Source: Phoronis australis (lineage: Eukaryota; Animalia; Phoronida). From it: a stretch of 64,000 bases of DNA. The stretch lies in contig NMRA01000578.1 of NCBI GenBank assembly GCA_002633005.1, positions 69,298-133,297 of the forward strand. The letters are read 5' to 3'. A program made the position numbers and the translations under genes. This document shows positions 61,185 to 64,000 of the stretch, piece by piece (within the stretch, counting starts at the first letter, position 1; each line of letters starts with the position of its first letter). The notes under the pieces are model-generated. The model saw nothing but the letters and a program-made list of their open reading frames with translations, was not told the DNA's origin and did not search any database.

Positions 61185-64000
61185 TACTGAGAAAGAACAC
61201 GAACTCTGACCTGTTTCAGCTGACCTTATTTGTCTTTTTCTTTTGAAAAAACGATCAATTAGAAACACCTCGTCTTCACGTCAATTTTTAAATAAAAATA
61301 CGGAGCAAACTGAACCAATTGTTCCATCTTTGACTCCATAAAATGTTAAGAGACATTCCACGAGAAAAAGAAATCAAAAAATCACTCTAGGGGTCATCTT
61401 TCAAATTCAGCTTAAAACTTGTGTATGTGATCGTGGTGTGGTTCCGATATAAGAATCACCAATTTTGCAGTTATTGAACTTTTAATTTTTTACCAACAGG
61501 CCTTCAAAGGTTTACAAAGAAAACAACATGTTTTTGCATACCGAAAACAGTAACATATAGATTGTATGCAAGGGAAGAATCAACATGACGGAATTACTAA
61601 GTGGGACAAAAGGACTACCACATAAATTGATATTAATAATTTCCCTGCATTCATCACGTGACGGGATATAAATCCAGAAGCAATTTTGTAGTGTTGAAAG
61701 TGGGCGCCACTTAAATGCTTCTAAAAGCCAGTTTGTGGGGTTGTGGACATTGAAAGATATGTTTATGGATAGATATTGAATGTGTGAACAAATTTTTAGA
61801 AATCTCTTAACTGGGCTTTTTATTTTTTGTTCTAAAAATGCCCCAATGTTGCGTATTCTACATTTTTTAAACAAATGCTTTGTAGCTTCATTACATTTAA
61901 ATTGATTTCAAGAATTAATTCACGAGAATCAACATTGTACGGACCATAATGCTGTCTGACATGTCCATGTTACCATTTCACCCATTGAGTGTTCGTAACT
62001 TACCGTGGGTCAGAGGTTATGTAGGCAAAAGTGATGACACATTTGCCTGGTGCCAATGCCCAAAGCGACTGACGCCCTCAGAGGCAATTTTTAGACTGAC
62101 ATGAATAATTGATGTGATTTTTAATGAAATATTCCGATTTGTGCACTATTTCAAGGCTTTTATTTGTGAACATTTCTTTTGAATCAAGGGCTCGAGATTG
62201 TATGAAGCGGTCGAACTGAAAACTATTCTTTCACTTTGAAGACACAAGCCTACATCACAGGAAAGGCATCGAAGTCTGAAATACAAAAATGAAATAATTA
62301 ATCAAAATCATTGTGCATTCAAGAGTTATAGCTTTTTATGTGTCAAATTTTGACCCATTACTTTGATCACGTGGGCCATCTTGCGATATCAGCGGGATAG
62401 GCTACAAGATTGACAGTGCTTAAACTTGATTTTTACAAATATTCTAGCAGTAAAATTTAGTGACACATGTCCTTAACTACCATTTTGTTCAACCCAGGAG
62501 TTTATGCCAGAATTTAATCACGCAAGTGTAACTTATTGAGTGGTTATAGTGCTCACAATTCACGTTGGACAACATGGCGACTCTTTTGAACTGAAAGGCA
62601 CGTTTAACCGGCTACATTGTCATCGGTGAAGATTTAACTTTAAAACATTTGTAGACACAATGCTACAAAAAAAAAAAACGTTTTGAACGATTTTCTGGTA
62701 CGCGTGTCATAACTATTATGAATCTTCTATTTGTTTCAATGTGAAGTGCCCATTCAATTCCACTCTGCCAAAAATACTGTTGAAATTGCTTTGAAATCGT
62801 TTTTTGTTTGAAAGTCAATTTCTGTTCAAGGTATGATTATGTGTCACAACAGAACATATTTCTCTAAATTTTTTGCATGAACTATGCGTTTGATTCATGT
62901 TTTGCTACTAGTTACTTTTTACTTCAAGATATATATCAAAGCAAGAATGTGTGAAAAATCTTACTTGACTTACAGAAATTATTTACATTTGGTTTATGAA
63001 GTGGGAAGCGTGCTGAAATCTTTCTGCTGCATAGCTTCATATTTTTTGTTATCACTCTTGTCAAATTCTAGTTTAAGGAGGAAAGCTTTTATGGTACTCA
63101 GTCACCATGGTAGCAATTATGAATATCTACTTTCATACTTACCGTGAGATTGGTTCAGCCTGTATTGCTGAAATTTTCCTAATCACATTCTAAATTACTT
63201 ATTGTGGCGAAAAGACGTATTATTTTTTTACTGAGATCACTTTGCTAGGTGGGCTAGGGGTAAGCCTTAGCTACGATGAAATTTTTAAACCCATGTGTCC
63301 AATGTTTTCAAGAGATGTCATTTTATCTCTTATGTGAGTGTGACAACAATTGACAAAATCTGATTTGGGTGAAATCGCCTGAACGATTAGCATCCTGTAA
63401 AATAACAAATCTCAGATTAAATTGACTTTATACATTTTACGTAATGTTTATCAGGTAATAAGATGGATGTCACCAGGGCACAGCACGAGTTACCAGCTGG
63501 CGGGGGCACAGGTTACCATATGAACGGTTTCCAAAGTGTTAAAACAGACACTGGTGTGACAGCCCAGGTTAGACTAAGTCGAAAACATGCATGTAAATAA
63601 TATTAGTTTTTAGAAGTAAGAAGTGGAAAACTAAAACGAGGCTGGAGTGCAGGACGAAAACGACGTTTTGATACTAAACAAAAGTCATCCTCAGGTGCAA
63701 TAGGGACAGAAAACAAAATATAGTAACAGAGTGTATTAGATTTTAATCTAAAATTAAAGTCGTTTTCAAACATGCATGTGCCATCGTATCCTCGCTGGAA
63801 ACGTTTTGACCAAATTTCTTGAAATTTCACCAAAGATGGATTGCTACCTACGACGTCATACTACTTCCGGAGAATAGAATGGCTGGAAACCTGATGTCCC
63901 GTCATCAGTCGGTGACAAAGGACTGTAGAGTGCAGTCCGAAACGTACGAACTCTTAACTCTTTAGTCTCTAAGTAAGTTGATCTTACTAAAACCATACCT

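Overview
AT-rich, intron-rich animal genomic DNA (invertebrate; the repeat types suggest a lophotrochozoan such as a mollusc, which is inference only). It is not prokaryotic, so most short ORFs in the track are exon fragments or noise. I assembled the gene models by hand from splice sites, intron phase and recalled family motifs. (1) HELZ, + strand, 21 coding exons at 1166-30511 (~1669 codons, start codon not found, probably upstream of the window): TPR-like N-terminus, C2H2 + CCCH zinc fingers, UPF1-like SF1 helicase, PAM2, long low-complexity tail. (2) LDAF1/promethin (TMEM159), - strand, CDS 36630-34456, 161 aa, tail-to-tail with HELZ. (3) YARS2, mitochondrial tyrosyl-tRNA synthetase, + strand, 13 coding exons at 38368-50134, 468 aa, with one GC-AG intron, head-to-head with LDAF1. 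(4) A SUEL/rhamnose-binding lectin exon (- strand, 60417-60136) whose signal-peptide exon looks frameshifted. The rest is transposon-rich: a Helentron-associated (DINE-1/HINE-like) element, a TTAA-flanked Kolobok-like element containing an RTE LINE that is itself interrupted, a CR1-like LINE 3' end, MITEs, tRNA-derived SINE heads and minisatellites. There is a 362-N gap at 38554-38915. The best second-look items are a candidate 12-nt in-frame microexon in HELZ, a chain of three overlapping uORFs in the predicted LDAF1 leader, the ZC3H7-like C2H2+CCCH module in HELZ and a possible degraded lectin-CUB gene. I found no convincing wholly new multi-gene system.
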